DNA from: Pelagomonas calceolata
Lineage: Eukaryota
DNA: 64,000 nt
Direction: 5' to 3'
NCBI GenBank assembly: GCA_918797485.1
Contig: CAKKNE010000004.1
Span: 5,084,001-5,148,000 of the forward strand
Shown here: in pieces, positions 11,701 to 21,057 of the stretch
How positions within the stretch are numbered: the first letter of the stretch is position 1
Layout of the letters: every line of letters starts with the position of its first letter
Position numbers and translations under genes: made by a program
The notes under the pieces: generated by a model
Databases searched by the model: none
The model's input: only the letters and a program-made list of their open reading frames with translations
Told to the model about the DNA's origin: nothing

Positions 11701-13028
11701 TCTTCTTGTCGTCCTTGCCGCCCTTCTTCTTGTCCTTGTCCTTGCCCTTCTTCGCCGCCTCGCCGCCGTCGCCGGCGTCGCCGTCGCGGAGCGCCTGGTG
11801 GTACAGCGCGTTCGCCTCGACGGCCCACAGCACGTCCAGCACGGCGGGCTGGTCGTCGTTCGCGAGCTCGGCCTCGAGGACCATCAGCAGCTGCCGCAGC
11901 TTGCCGAGGGGCGTCGCGAGCTTCGTCGCCATCAGGACGCCGCCCAGCTTCTCGCGCCGCTTGTTGTTCTTGGACGCGTTCTCGAGCTTCTCGAGGTCCG
12001 CGCGCACGTCCTTCTCCTCCTGCTCGAGCTTGTTCTTGGCGATCATCTCCTCCTTCTTCGTCGGCTTCTTGGCCTTGGGGGCCTTCTTGCCCCCGCTCTT
12101 CTTCGCGGCGATGGCGTCCGCCTTGGCCTCGGCGGCCTGCTCGGCCACGCGCTCCTTCTCCTTCTCCCACATGACGCGGGGGTCGAAGGCCGTGTCCGGG
12201 GCGAGGTTGCGCAGCACGACCGGCATGCGCGACTTCGTCTCCTTCTTCGTCTCGCGCCGGTTGATCCGGGTCCAGACCGTCTCCTGCGGGTACGACTGCC
12301 AGTACACGTCGATGGTCCGCGCGGGCACGTCGGGGTTCGCCTCGCCCGGCTCCTCCGCGGCGGGCGCGGCGCCGGCCGCGGCCGGCGCCTTCTTCGCGGG
12401 GGGCGCGGGCGCCTTGCGCGCGTCGACCGAGCCGAAGCCGCCGCCGCGCACCTCGCGCGTCTTGTAGGGCTGGGCCGGCTTCGGCGGCGGCGGCGCCGCC
12501 GCCGCCGGGGACTTGCGCTTGGGCGGGGGCATCGGCGCGCCGTAGCGGGGGTCCAGGCTCTTCGCGCCGCCCTTCATGCCCTCGCCCTTCTTGGTCTTGG
12601 CGGGGGGCATCGGCGCGCCGTAGCGGGGGTCCAGGCTCTTCGCGCCGCCCCGCATGCCCTCGCCCTTCTTGGTCTTGGCGGGCGGCATCGGCGCGCCGTA
12701 GCGGGGGTCCAGGCTCTTCGCGCCGCCCTTCATGCCCTCGCCCCTCTTGGTCTTGGCGGGGGGCATCGGCGCGCCGTAGCGGGGGTCCAGGCTCTTCGCG
12801 CCGCCCCGCATCGGCGCCGGGGCGTCGCTCCTGTAGCGCGGGTCGAGCGACTTGGCGCCGCCCCGCATCGGCGCCGGGGCGTCGCTCCTGTAGCGCGGGT
12901 CGAGCGACTTGGCGCCGCCGCGCATCGGCGCGTCGCCGCCCGAATCTCCGCCGCCGCCCCGCATCGCCTGGCGGATCGCGTCGGCGCCGGCGCCGCCCCG
13001 CGAGCCGAACGCGCGCGGGCGCTCGCTC

Positions 13029-13062
<34 letters not shown>

Positions 13063-13159
13063 GACGCCACTTCGTGTCCGTGTCCGATCGCGTCGGGCCG
13101 GCGTCCGCCGCCGCCTTCATCTCACGGGTCAAGCCCGTTTCTTCGCCGTAGTCATCCAT
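8750..13159 (-). CDS. DDX60: DDX60-like Ski2-family DExH RNA helicase with repetitive N-terminal extension
   Basis: LDAWQKKVL...VVCAPTSSGKT (Q motif/Walker A), VFDEVH (II), LSAT (III), LAYGVNMPFRTV (V), QQMAGRAGRRGLD (VI); single 1469-aa frame. Confidence 0.88.
12524..12926 (-). repeat. Coding tandem repeat: six GGAKSLDPRY units (57-bp x2, then 78-bp units)
   Basis: Near-identical DNA units are directly visible, encoding MRGGAKSLDPRYRSDAPAP and M[RK]GGAKSLDPRYGAPMPPAKTK[RK]GEG. Confidence 0.95.
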
Positions 13160-13716
13160 GGCTGCGGCCGCGTCGCGCCGCCGGTCCGGATTGGAGCCCG
13201 AGAGCTCGCCGCCGAACTGGTGCGCGGACGCGGTCGTCGAGCCCAGCTGAGCTCGATGCTAAGGGAAGCTTTCGTGCCGCTTGCTCTTCGGCACGCCGAA
13301 AGCTACCCAAGAGCTGATGCGAGAAGCGCCGCTAGTCTCGCGAACGCTGCGCTCACGCCCTGGTGCCAGCACCAAAGCCTTGTGTTTAGCCTCGCCGGAG
13401 GAGTCGACTCGACTCGACAGTCTAAACGGAACGCTCTATCCGCCCCGGAGCACTCCCCGCACGGTTGTCCGCACGGGTCGGAAGGCCAGCGCGCATTTTC
13501 GCCGCACGAGGAGCCGCGGTCGCGCGCGTCGAGCGGCATCAACTGGCATTCGATCGCCCCCCCACCACCACGAGGCGAGAATACACCCGCATCCCCGCCA
13601 CTACCGTCCTAGTCCTCAGCACAAGCACACCGCGCGCCAGTTCGCCAATTCGCGCCCGGCGGCGAGATTCGCCGAGGAGGCGAGTGGCCCCGCGGGATCT
13701 CGTAAAGAACAGCGGC

Positions 13717-14235
13717 TTACGCCACAAACACGAGCGCCAGCACCGCGACCAGCAGCCCCATCGACCACAGCTGCAGCCCAAAGTCCTCTGGCCCCGCGCG
13801 CCGCCGCCACAACAACCGGCGGAACTGCAGGCCGAACAGCGAGGGAAAGGCCGCGTTCGCCGCCCGGCCGTCCACGAGCGACGGCAGGGGCGGCGGCAGC
13901 GAGGTCGAGCGCGGCGGCGTCCGCTCGGGCGAGTCCCACTGCCGCGGACTGCTCCGCGCGACGGGCGAGGGCGTCCTGGAGCGCGGCCGCGGCACGGGCG
14001 ACGGGGGCCGACCCCGCAGCTCCGACGCGTAGAGAGGGGTGACGTCGCTCTTGTTCACGCGGGCGCTGCATACCGGGCAGCGACTGTGGCCCGCGTCCAG
14101 CCATCGATACAGGCACGACCAGCAGTACAAATGCCCGCACGCCGTGACGACCGCTTCGATCGCCTCGTTCTCCATGCAGATGGCGCACGCGTAGCGCGAG
14201 GGCTGCGGGCGCTGAGGCGTCGCGGGGGCGGACAT
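13717..14235 (-). CDS. RNF5/RNF185/RMA1-like membrane-anchored C3HC4 RING E3 ligase
   Basis: ACAICME...AVVTACGHLYCWSCLYRWL...CPVC...VTPLY, then FPSLFGLQF and a hydrophobic C-terminal tail anchor. Confidence 0.9.
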   Translation of the reverse strand: MSAPATPQRPQPSRYACAICMENEAIEAVVTACGHLYCWSCLYRWLDAGHSRCPVCSARVNKSDVTPLYASELRGRPPSPVPRPRSRTPSPVARSSPRQWDSPERTPPRSTSLPPPLPSLVDGRAANAAFPSLFGLQFRRLLWRRRAGPEDFGLQLWSMGLLVAVLALVFVA

Positions 14236-14476
14236 CCTCCCGCTGTCCGTGGCTTGCGAGAACTCCAGGCTAGCCGAAGCGTCGTTGAGGTTCTTCTTCT
14301 GAGACTGATGGACCTCCTGAGCTCCGCTCGGCATTTGTACCGAGCTAGCGGCTTGAGATACTAGTCACGCCCTGCGCGCGCTGTCGGCGCAGACAGTTGT
14401 TCCCCCTTGGCTTCAGAGAACTCGAGCCAACTATTTGCGCCGGGCAGCGCTGCGTTTTTCCAGAGGAATCGCCACC

Positions 14477-15292
14477 ATGGTCAAAGTGGAGCAGCACCAG
14501 CTCTCCGCCGCCTGCCGCGTGCAGCAAGAAAATCCGAAGAAGGGCGCCTCCGCCGACCGCTACGACCGCTACAAGGCCGCGCGCACGCTCCAGCAGGTCC
14601 TCGACCTGGGCGGCAGCCGCGGCGACATCGCCAACGACATGGTGCGCGGCTACATCCAGTGCGAGGACCCGGCGACGCAGGAGGCCATCCTGATGACGGC
14701 GAACGAGTCCGAACGCAGGAGGCTGCCCGCGCACCTGCAACGGAAGCTCCCGCCGAGCGGCCAGGCGCCGCCGAAGCGGCCGCCGCCGCCGCACGTCCCT
14801 CAGCCGCGCCCGAAGAAGGTCAAGAGCGCGCCCAAGCAGCCCGGCTTCATCCTCTACACCAAGGTCGAGTCCGGCGTCCAGCACTGGGACCAGCGCTGCG
14901 TCGAGGGGCTCTCGGAGGACGCCGCGGCCCGCGTGCGCGCGGAGACGATGGCGGCGGCGAAGAAGCGGGACCTGCTCAAGATAATGTCGCAGAAGGTGTA
15001 CGCCACCGTCGACGAGGCGAACGCCGCCGCCCTGGAGACGGTGGTGGCCCTCGTCGAGCGGCTCGCGGACGAGGACGGCACGCCCGTCGCCACCGACGGC
15101 GCGCTGCACGTCGCCGAGGACTACCTCGTGCCGAACGAGAACACCATTCGGAACTCCGCGACCAAGGACGGCGACCGGGGGGAGCTGCTCTTCCGGACGC
15201 GCGTCTCCTTCGTGGCGGACGTCCGCCGGGCGGGCTTCGAGAACGTCGTCCAGACGGTCATCACGGGGAAGGCGATGTACCAGTCCGGGTAA
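14477..15292 (+). CDS. Hypothetical protein with N-terminal 'NPK...RY..YK.A.T' small domain
   Basis: gccaccATGg start context, strong codon bias, 271 aa. Confidence 0.8.
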   Translation: MVKVEQHQLSAACRVQQENPKKGASADRYDRYKAARTLQQVLDLGGSRGDIANDMVRGYIQCEDPATQEAILMTANESERRRLPAHLQRKLPPSGQAPPKRPPPPHVPQPRPKKVKSAPKQPGFILYTKVESGVQHWDQRCVEGLSEDAAARVRAETMAAAKKRDLLKIMSQKVYATVDEANAAALETVVALVERLADEDGTPVATDGALHVAEDYLVPNENTIRNSATKDGDRGELLFRTRVSFVADVRRAGFENVVQTVITGKAMYQSG

Positions 15293-15652
15293 GGAGCATG
15301 TTGTCCGACTTTGTGCATTCCTCCGGCGCTCACCCGGGCCCGGGCGAGACTTGGCCTAGTACTAGAGGTACTGATAGACTAAGGCCTTTTCCTTATTTTT
15401 AAATTTGCTTTGCTTAGAGCTAGGCCGCCTAGCCACCACGAAAATGTGCCAGTTTGAACACTCGGGGCGACGGCGTATGGGGGACGGGTGGACGGGCGTG
15501 CGGTCACGCAGGGAGGCGTCGGTCGCGGTGGCTAGGCAGTCCTGAGGTCTCGGGGGGGGGGCGGCCCGGGGCGCTTGTTGTGGTCGCTCGCGCGCGGGCG
15601 GCGTCTCGGGCCAGCACGCCGTCGGCGCGGCGATAGGAGTCACACTACACAC

Positions 15653-17466
15653 TTACGTCTTCACATCCACCGCGGCGAAGTCGTCGTCGAAGAACCTCGG
15701 CTCGTCGATAAACGGCGTGCTCGGCGTGCGCCGCTTTCGGCAGAGCCGCGCGGTCACGAGCCCTAGCAGGGCGGCCGAGCCGATCGCGACGCCCGCAAAG
15801 CCGGCCGACACGGACGCGTCGTCCGGCGCGTCGTCCTGCGCGTCGTCCGGCGCGGGTCGTGGGGGTGCTGCCGCTGAAACCATCGACGAAGGACTCGTCG
15901 GCGCTCGCGTCGCCGGGACGTGCGCCGTCGGCGCGCGCGTCGGAGCCGGCGTCGGAGCAGGCGTCGGAGCCGGCGTCGGCGCGGGCGTCGGAGCCGGCGT
16001 CGGAGCAGGCGTCGGCGAAGGATACGCGAGCCGCGGGTCCGGCTCGGGCTCCGCGGGCGCGCGCGCGATGCGGGCGAGAGCGAGCACCGCCGCCCCGACG
16101 TAGTCGTTTTTTCGCGCTTTGAGGGGCTCGAGGTCGAAGTAGTAGTCGCGGGCCTTGATGGACGAGCCGCGACTCGACGAAGCCAGGCCGCGAGCCTCGA
16201 CGTACTCGGGAAGGGCAAGGGCGGCCCGGGACAAAGGCTCCTCGAGGTGTTTGGGCAGGCCGCCCCTGTTGTAAAGCCCCGCGAGCGCCGCTATGATCAA
16301 GGAGCTGCCCGAGGTCTCGATCTGCGCGGAAATCAAATGTCGCAGCGCGTCTCCTCCCACGGCCCAATCATGGGTGGCGGTCTCGATTCCTCACCGCTCG
16401 ACGGAGCCAGCACGGCCGCGTCATCGCCGCGAAATGACTTCGTGAAGAATTATTGGGTGCACGCGACGCACTGGTTCATGTCCACACAGGTCTCGACGTA
16501 GTTCCTCTCGTCGTTGGGCGCGTCGAGGACTTGCCACCAGAGGCCGCTCTCGGGGTCTTGAAACGCGACGACCTTGTCCAGGTACTCCACGAGCGTCGCG
16601 TGCGCCTGTCGACAGGCGTCCGGCGGCGCCGCGCCGCGGGCGTCCAGGCGCAGGAGCGCCCCGAGTGCCAGTTCCAACCCGGCCGCGGCCCAGCCGCACG
16701 CCCGCGACCAGCGGGCCTCCGACGCGACTTCTTCGTCCAAATCAAATCCGTGGCTCAAGTTCCCGAACACGGCGAGGAACCCCTGGGTGACGTTCGCCAG
16801 GGTCGTCGCGATGGCCACGGCGTCGCGGGGCTCGACGTCGTGGTGTTCGACCAGGGCCGCCGCGTTCAGCACGCCCATGAACACGTCGTCCGACCAGGCG
16901 ACCCGGTGCGAGTCCCTCGCATAGTCGTCGTTCCAGCCCGCGCCGCCGCCGCTGCCTTCCGATGTCCGTACCGACGTCCGTTGCCGGTAGAAGGAGGCGC
17001 CGCCACGCGGGAGCGCCGTAACGAAGCCTCGCTCAGCGTCTCCGCCCATGGACGCGTCGGGCACGAGCTGGTAACCGAGCACGATCGAGCGCGCTCGGTC
17101 CAGGTCCACCGTGGCGTCGAACAGCGGCGGGACCAGCAGCGCCGCCGCGGCCGATAGCTTGTCGCCGAGGCTCTCCCCCACGAACGAGGCGTAGTCCTCG
17201 CCGCCGCCGCCGCCTCTCAAAAACTCGAGGACCGCGCCGTCGCCGGCGGCGTACGACGTGCCCTGCAGGCTCGCCGCGTCGGCCCCGGCCTCGCCGAGCG
17301 CCCAGACGCACAGCGCGCCCTCGTAGTTTGGCTCTTCAGAGAGGAGGTCTTCGACGGCGCGCGACGCCTGCAGCGTGGCGAGGGCTGCCCTGGCCTTCGC
17401 GAGGGTCGCGTTAGGTATTGCTGCTTGCACGCCGGCAAGCAGCCACAGGGCGGCTCGCAGCAGCAT
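15653..17466 (-). CDS. Secreted, membrane-anchored GH105/GH88-like unsaturated glycuronyl hydrolase; exons 17466-16498 and 16321-15653
   Basis: Signal peptide MLLRAALWLLAGVQA. Motifs WSDDVFMG, HGFD, WSRACGW and QDPESGLWWQVLD...NY|IETSGS span the splice. A PAPT-repeat linker and C-terminal TM helix follow. Confidence 0.8.
16322..16489 (-). mobile_element. Introner element; GT-AG intron 16497-16322 (176 bp)
   Basis: TIRs ctgcgcggaaatcaa / ttcatgtccacacag. TSD gtctcgat (16314-16321) vs gtctcgac (16490-16497). Removal joins the two ORFs in phase 0. Confidence 0.9.
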
Positions 17467-17504
17467 GACGTGGATGATGTGGCTGCCCTAAGCTGTCTTG
17501 CGTG

Positions 17505-17529
17505 CTCTCTCTCTCTCTCTCTCTCTCTC
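17505..17529. repeat. (CT)12 microsatellite upstream of the GH105 gene
   Basis: Directly visible; a shorter (CT)n lies near 17590. Confidence 0.9.
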
Positions 17530-17640
17530 ACGAAGCGCTGGGTCCATACTACCTGGGCCACTGGTCCTGGGGGTGGGCACAATAAGCTACTCTCTCTCTC
17601 CCCCGATGCATAGGAGCAGTTATTGTGAACAACCTGCAAC

Positions 17641-19060
17641 TTACACAACAACTCGCCGCCGCGGCGCCTCAGACGTCTCCGCGGCGGAGGATGCGTTCCA
17701 GCCGCGCCGCGCGCGCGGGCAGCCCACCGGCCGCGCCGTCGGCCGCCAGCCCAGGGCCTCCAGGACGAGGGTCAGTTCGTCGTACAACAGGCCGTGGAAG
17801 TGCATCGCGTCGCCGGGCAGGTTCTCCTCGCAGCGGCCGTCCGTGAGCGCGAACGCGTCGACGACGTCGACGTCGGGCAGGGCCGAGCGCAGCCGCGCGT
17901 TCAGCGCCGCCGACGCGTCCCGCCCGCGCAGCCCCGCCGCGCAGTGGCGCGCGGCGTCGACGTCGCCGAAGCGGTCGCGGAGCCACGCCGCGCAGCCCGC
18001 CGACGCGGCCACGCGGCCCCGCCGCCGCGCCTCGTCCGCGACCCGCCGGAAGTCGCGCGTGAAGGCGGCGTCGCACTGCGAGTGCGTCGTCGACGCCACG
18101 ACGGTCGCGCCCGGCGCGTCGCGCGCGTACTGCCCCGCGGCCCGCCGCAGCGCGGCCTCGTAGCCGACGAAGCCGGCGTACGACGTCCACGCCGCCGGCG
18201 CCGGGGCGAACGGCGTCGGCCACTGCAGCCACAGGCCCGCACCTACGTGGCAATCAAATTTCGGGCGCCCCACGCCATCGACGCGACGTCGTCTCCGTAG
18301 CTGCGTCTGCTCGATGGCGCGGAGGCTTCACGCCGTCGACGCGACGTCGTCCCCGCGACCGCAGCGGCTCGATGGCGTGGAGGCTCACGAAGGTCTCCGC
18401 AATAGTTCTCAGGACAGCCGAAGTCACCGCTTGATTTCCACGCAGGCCCGCGCCGAAGACGACGGCGTCGACCGGCCCGCCCAGCGCGCCCGCCGCCCGG
18501 CCGACGGCCCGGGGGTCGACGTCCGTGCTCCCGGCGTACGCGGCCGCGACGTCGGGCCTCAGCAGCAGGGACCCGGCGCAGCCACACTCGCGCGTCGCGC
18601 GAAAGGCGGCCTCCTCGGCGCAGCCGCACTCGCCGCGACGCCGCCTCGCGCGCGCCGCCGGCGCGGCGAGGCGCCCCGCGCACGTCGCCACGGGCTGCGC
18701 GCCCTGGTCGTCGCCGCGCTGCCGCACGTTCATCGCGAGGCACAGCGCGTGGAACAGGTTCCGCATCGTGCTGTCGCCGACGAAAACGACGCCAAACGGG
18801 CGGCGCCGAGCCCGCCGCGGCGGCCGCGCGGCCCGAAAGCGGCCCTCGAAGCGGCAGAGGCCCTCCCGCAGGAGCGGCATGCTCGCGAGCATCTCGTCGT
18901 TGACCAGGAAGCGCGGCTTGCGCGCGCGCGGGTTGCCCTCCCAGTGGCGGCGCAGCGCGTGTCGCGCGCGCTCCGACAACGCCGCGACGTCGGCCTCGAG
19001 GAAGAGCTCGGCCCGGCCGGCGGCGCCGAGTAGGACCGCCGCGAGAGATTGGAGGAGCAT
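17641..19060 (-). CDS. Secreted SGNH/PC-esterase-like protein; exons 19060-18454 and 18242-17641
   Basis: Signal peptide, VVFVGDSTMRNLF (GDS motif), DAVVFG-AGLW across the splice, and C-terminal DAMH (DxxH). Confidence 0.78.
18243..18445 (-). mobile_element. Introner element; GC-AG intron 18453-18243 (211 bp)
   Basis: TIRs ctacgtggcaatcaa / ttgatttccacgcag. TSD gcccgcac (18235-18242) vs gcccgcgc (18446-18453). Frame restored on removal. Confidence 0.9.
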
Positions 19061-19144
19061 GTTTGCTGTGCCTTCCGCTTAATCTGACCTTGAGGCGCAG
19101 GACTGTAGTTTGCTGTGCCTTCCGCTTAATCTGACCTTGAGGCG
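19061..19144. repeat. Perfect 37-bp direct repeat (47-bp period) abutting the esterase start codon
   Basis: gtttgctgtgccttccgcttaatctgaccttgaggcg at 19061-19097 and 19108-19144. Confidence 0.95.
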
Positions 19145-19420
19145 GTTTGGAACTCGTAGCAGTGGCAGAAATGTGTAGGATGTGAGAAAAATCAATTATA
19201 TTGAAATCAGCCAGACTGCCAGCTCCCCTCGCCGGGCGGCCGACCTCTTTTTTTGCGGCATGCGAGGGATGCCTAGTGTCTTACAGGCCGCTAGCGCACG
19301 GGGCTTTAAGCTTTAGCTTTTGGACTTGCTTTGAGCGCTGGGTTAAGCAGTGGGAGAGGGCGCAATAGCAAGCGCACGGAACGCGTGAAGTCCGAGGAGA
19401 CAAACACAAAAACCTCGGCA

Positions 19421-20665
19421 ATGCGCCGCGTCCCGGACGCCTACGAGGAGAACGTCGCGCCAGGGTCCACTCCGCGCAAGCAACAGACGCGCACGCAAAC
19501 GCCGGCCACGATCCTCCATCCGACTCAACAGCTGTCCCAGCCGCTCGCGCCGGCCACGATCCTCCATCCGACCCAGCGAGTTAATACCCCAGACACCGAA
19601 CTGGTGCCGACGCAGCTGGCGCCGACGCAGCCGGCGACGCCGCAGCGCGACCGGGCCGCGCGAGCGCTCTCGTTCGGCGCCGCGACGCCCTTCGTCGCAA
19701 AAAACTCGAGGGAGGGCTCCGCATCCACGCGCCTCTCGTCGGCGACGCCCAGCCCCACGCCGCCTGCGCCGCCGCCCGCCGCCGAGGACGACTTGGCGGC
19801 CTCGCTGAGCGACCGCCTGCGATTCGCGTCGCCCGGGGAAGACGTCACCTCGCCGGCGTCGTCAGAGGAGGAGGAGTCGGGTAGCTGGCTGCCGCGCGCG
19901 AAGCACTCGCCGGTGGTCGCGCCGGAGTCGCCGCCGTCGGCCGCCGCGGAGCCGTTGTTGACCCCGCCGTCGCCGCCGACGCCGTCGCCACGCCCGGCGC
20001 AGCGGCCACCGCGGTCGCTCGCGCGACGGCTGAGGACCCTCGAGCGTTCCGGCTCCGGCGCAGCTGTCGGAGCGCCGCCCCTCGCGAAAGGCCGGATCGC
20101 CAAGGCCGTGGCCGACCTCATCCGCCGCGACGAGGAGGACGCGGGGCCGACGCTAGTGCTCGCCGCGTCTGGACCGGCGGCGGATGAATGGATAGCGGCG
20201 CTGACGCTCGCTCTAGGGCCGCACTGCGACGTCCTCAAGCACGCGACGACTGCCGCGGCCCTCAGGCGCAACACGCCCGCTCGCCTAGCGCGGATGACAT
20301 GCGTCGTCGCCACCTATGCCCAGGCGTCGCGCGCGGACCCGCGGGAGGCGCGGACCGCGCCGGCGTCCGAGTGGCTTTCCTCGGCGCGGCCCGTCGCGCA
20401 AGCGCAGGACTCCGTGCTCCATCGCCTGACCTGGCACAGGGCGGTCTACGACGAAGCCCACTCGTTGCTCGGCACGTCAAAACGAGCTCGAGCGGCGGAG
20501 ACGCTCGACGCAAACTTTTCGTGGGCCGTCTTCGGACCCGTGACATTGGACCAGCTGTCGCGCAAGCCCGCGCAGCTCCGGGCCTTGGCCGCACTCGTCA
20601 AGTATCCTCGCGGGGCGCCCCTCGCGCGGCTCCTCCTCGAGAGGACGGTTCGCCTCGACGACTGA
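19421..20665 (+). CDS. Protein with disordered N-terminus and degenerate, truncated SNF2 (RAD5/16-type) N-lobe
   Basis: GPTLVLA...EW, VVATY, SVLHRLTWHRAVYDEAH, RARAAETLDANFSWAVFGP. No Walker A and no helicase C lobe are visible. Confidence 0.65.
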   Translation: MRRVPDAYEENVAPGSTPRKQQTRTQTPATILHPTQQLSQPLAPATILHPTQRVNTPDTELVPTQLAPTQPATPQRDRAARALSFGAATPFVAKNSREGSASTRLSSATPSPTPPAPPPAAEDDLAASLSDRLRFASPGEDVTSPASSEEEESGSWLPRAKHSPVVAPESPPSAAAEPLLTPPSPPTPSPRPAQRPPRSLARRLRTLERSGSGAAVGAPPLAKGRIAKAVADLIRRDEEDAGPTLVLAASGPAADEWIAALTLALGPHCDVLKHATTAAALRRNTPARLARMTCVVATYAQASRADPREARTAPASEWLSSARPVAQAQDSVLHRLTWHRAVYDEAHSLLGTSKRARAAETLDANFSWAVFGPVTLDQLSRKPAQLRALAALVKYPRGAPLARLLLERTVRLDD

Positions 20666-20713
20666 TTCTAAGTCTGCGGCGTGTGTGTTCAATCCGGTCA
20701 TCCGCCGCTCTGA

Positions 20714-20859
20714 TACGGTGCTAGGACTAGTGCCCTGGGCTGGGGGGAGACACCATGCGTCGCCGATTCCGCGTCTTTCGTGTCAGTCGATGTTACGGTG
20801 CTAGGACTAGTGGGCGGAGCCCCTGGGGGGGAGACACCGCGCGTCGCCGCGTCTTTCGT
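20714..20859. repeat. Degenerate intergenic direct repeat (80-bp period)
   Basis: tacggtgctaggactagtg...ggggggagacacc...gcgtcgccg...cgcgtctttcgt begins at 20714 and at 20794. Confidence 0.85.
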
Positions 20860-21057
20860 AACAGGCCCGCGCTAGTAGGTCTTTGATGTAGCCCCACTTT
20901 TTTTTTTGGCTTTTGGCTAATTTCCTCCTAGCTCTTGCTCAGCTTGAACATAGCGCTGAGCTGCTGCGCCTGCGTTTTCCCTGTGTTTTCTCGTCGCGCT
21001 TGTTTGCAAAGCAGAAGAATTCGTCTGCCTGCTTTCACGCGGCCACACATACTCTAC

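Noticed and set aside
12524..12926. Regular repeats as a possible CRISPR array
   Set aside because: In-frame coding repeats without unique spacers; no cas genes.
8030..13612. 1860-aa plus-strand ORF
   Set aside because: Antisense shadow of the DDX60-like gene.
472..14235. Ubiquitin/antiviral gene cluster (ZUP1, two RING proteins, DDX60-like)
   Set aside because: These families are abundant and interspersed with unrelated genes; there is no evidence of co-regulation.
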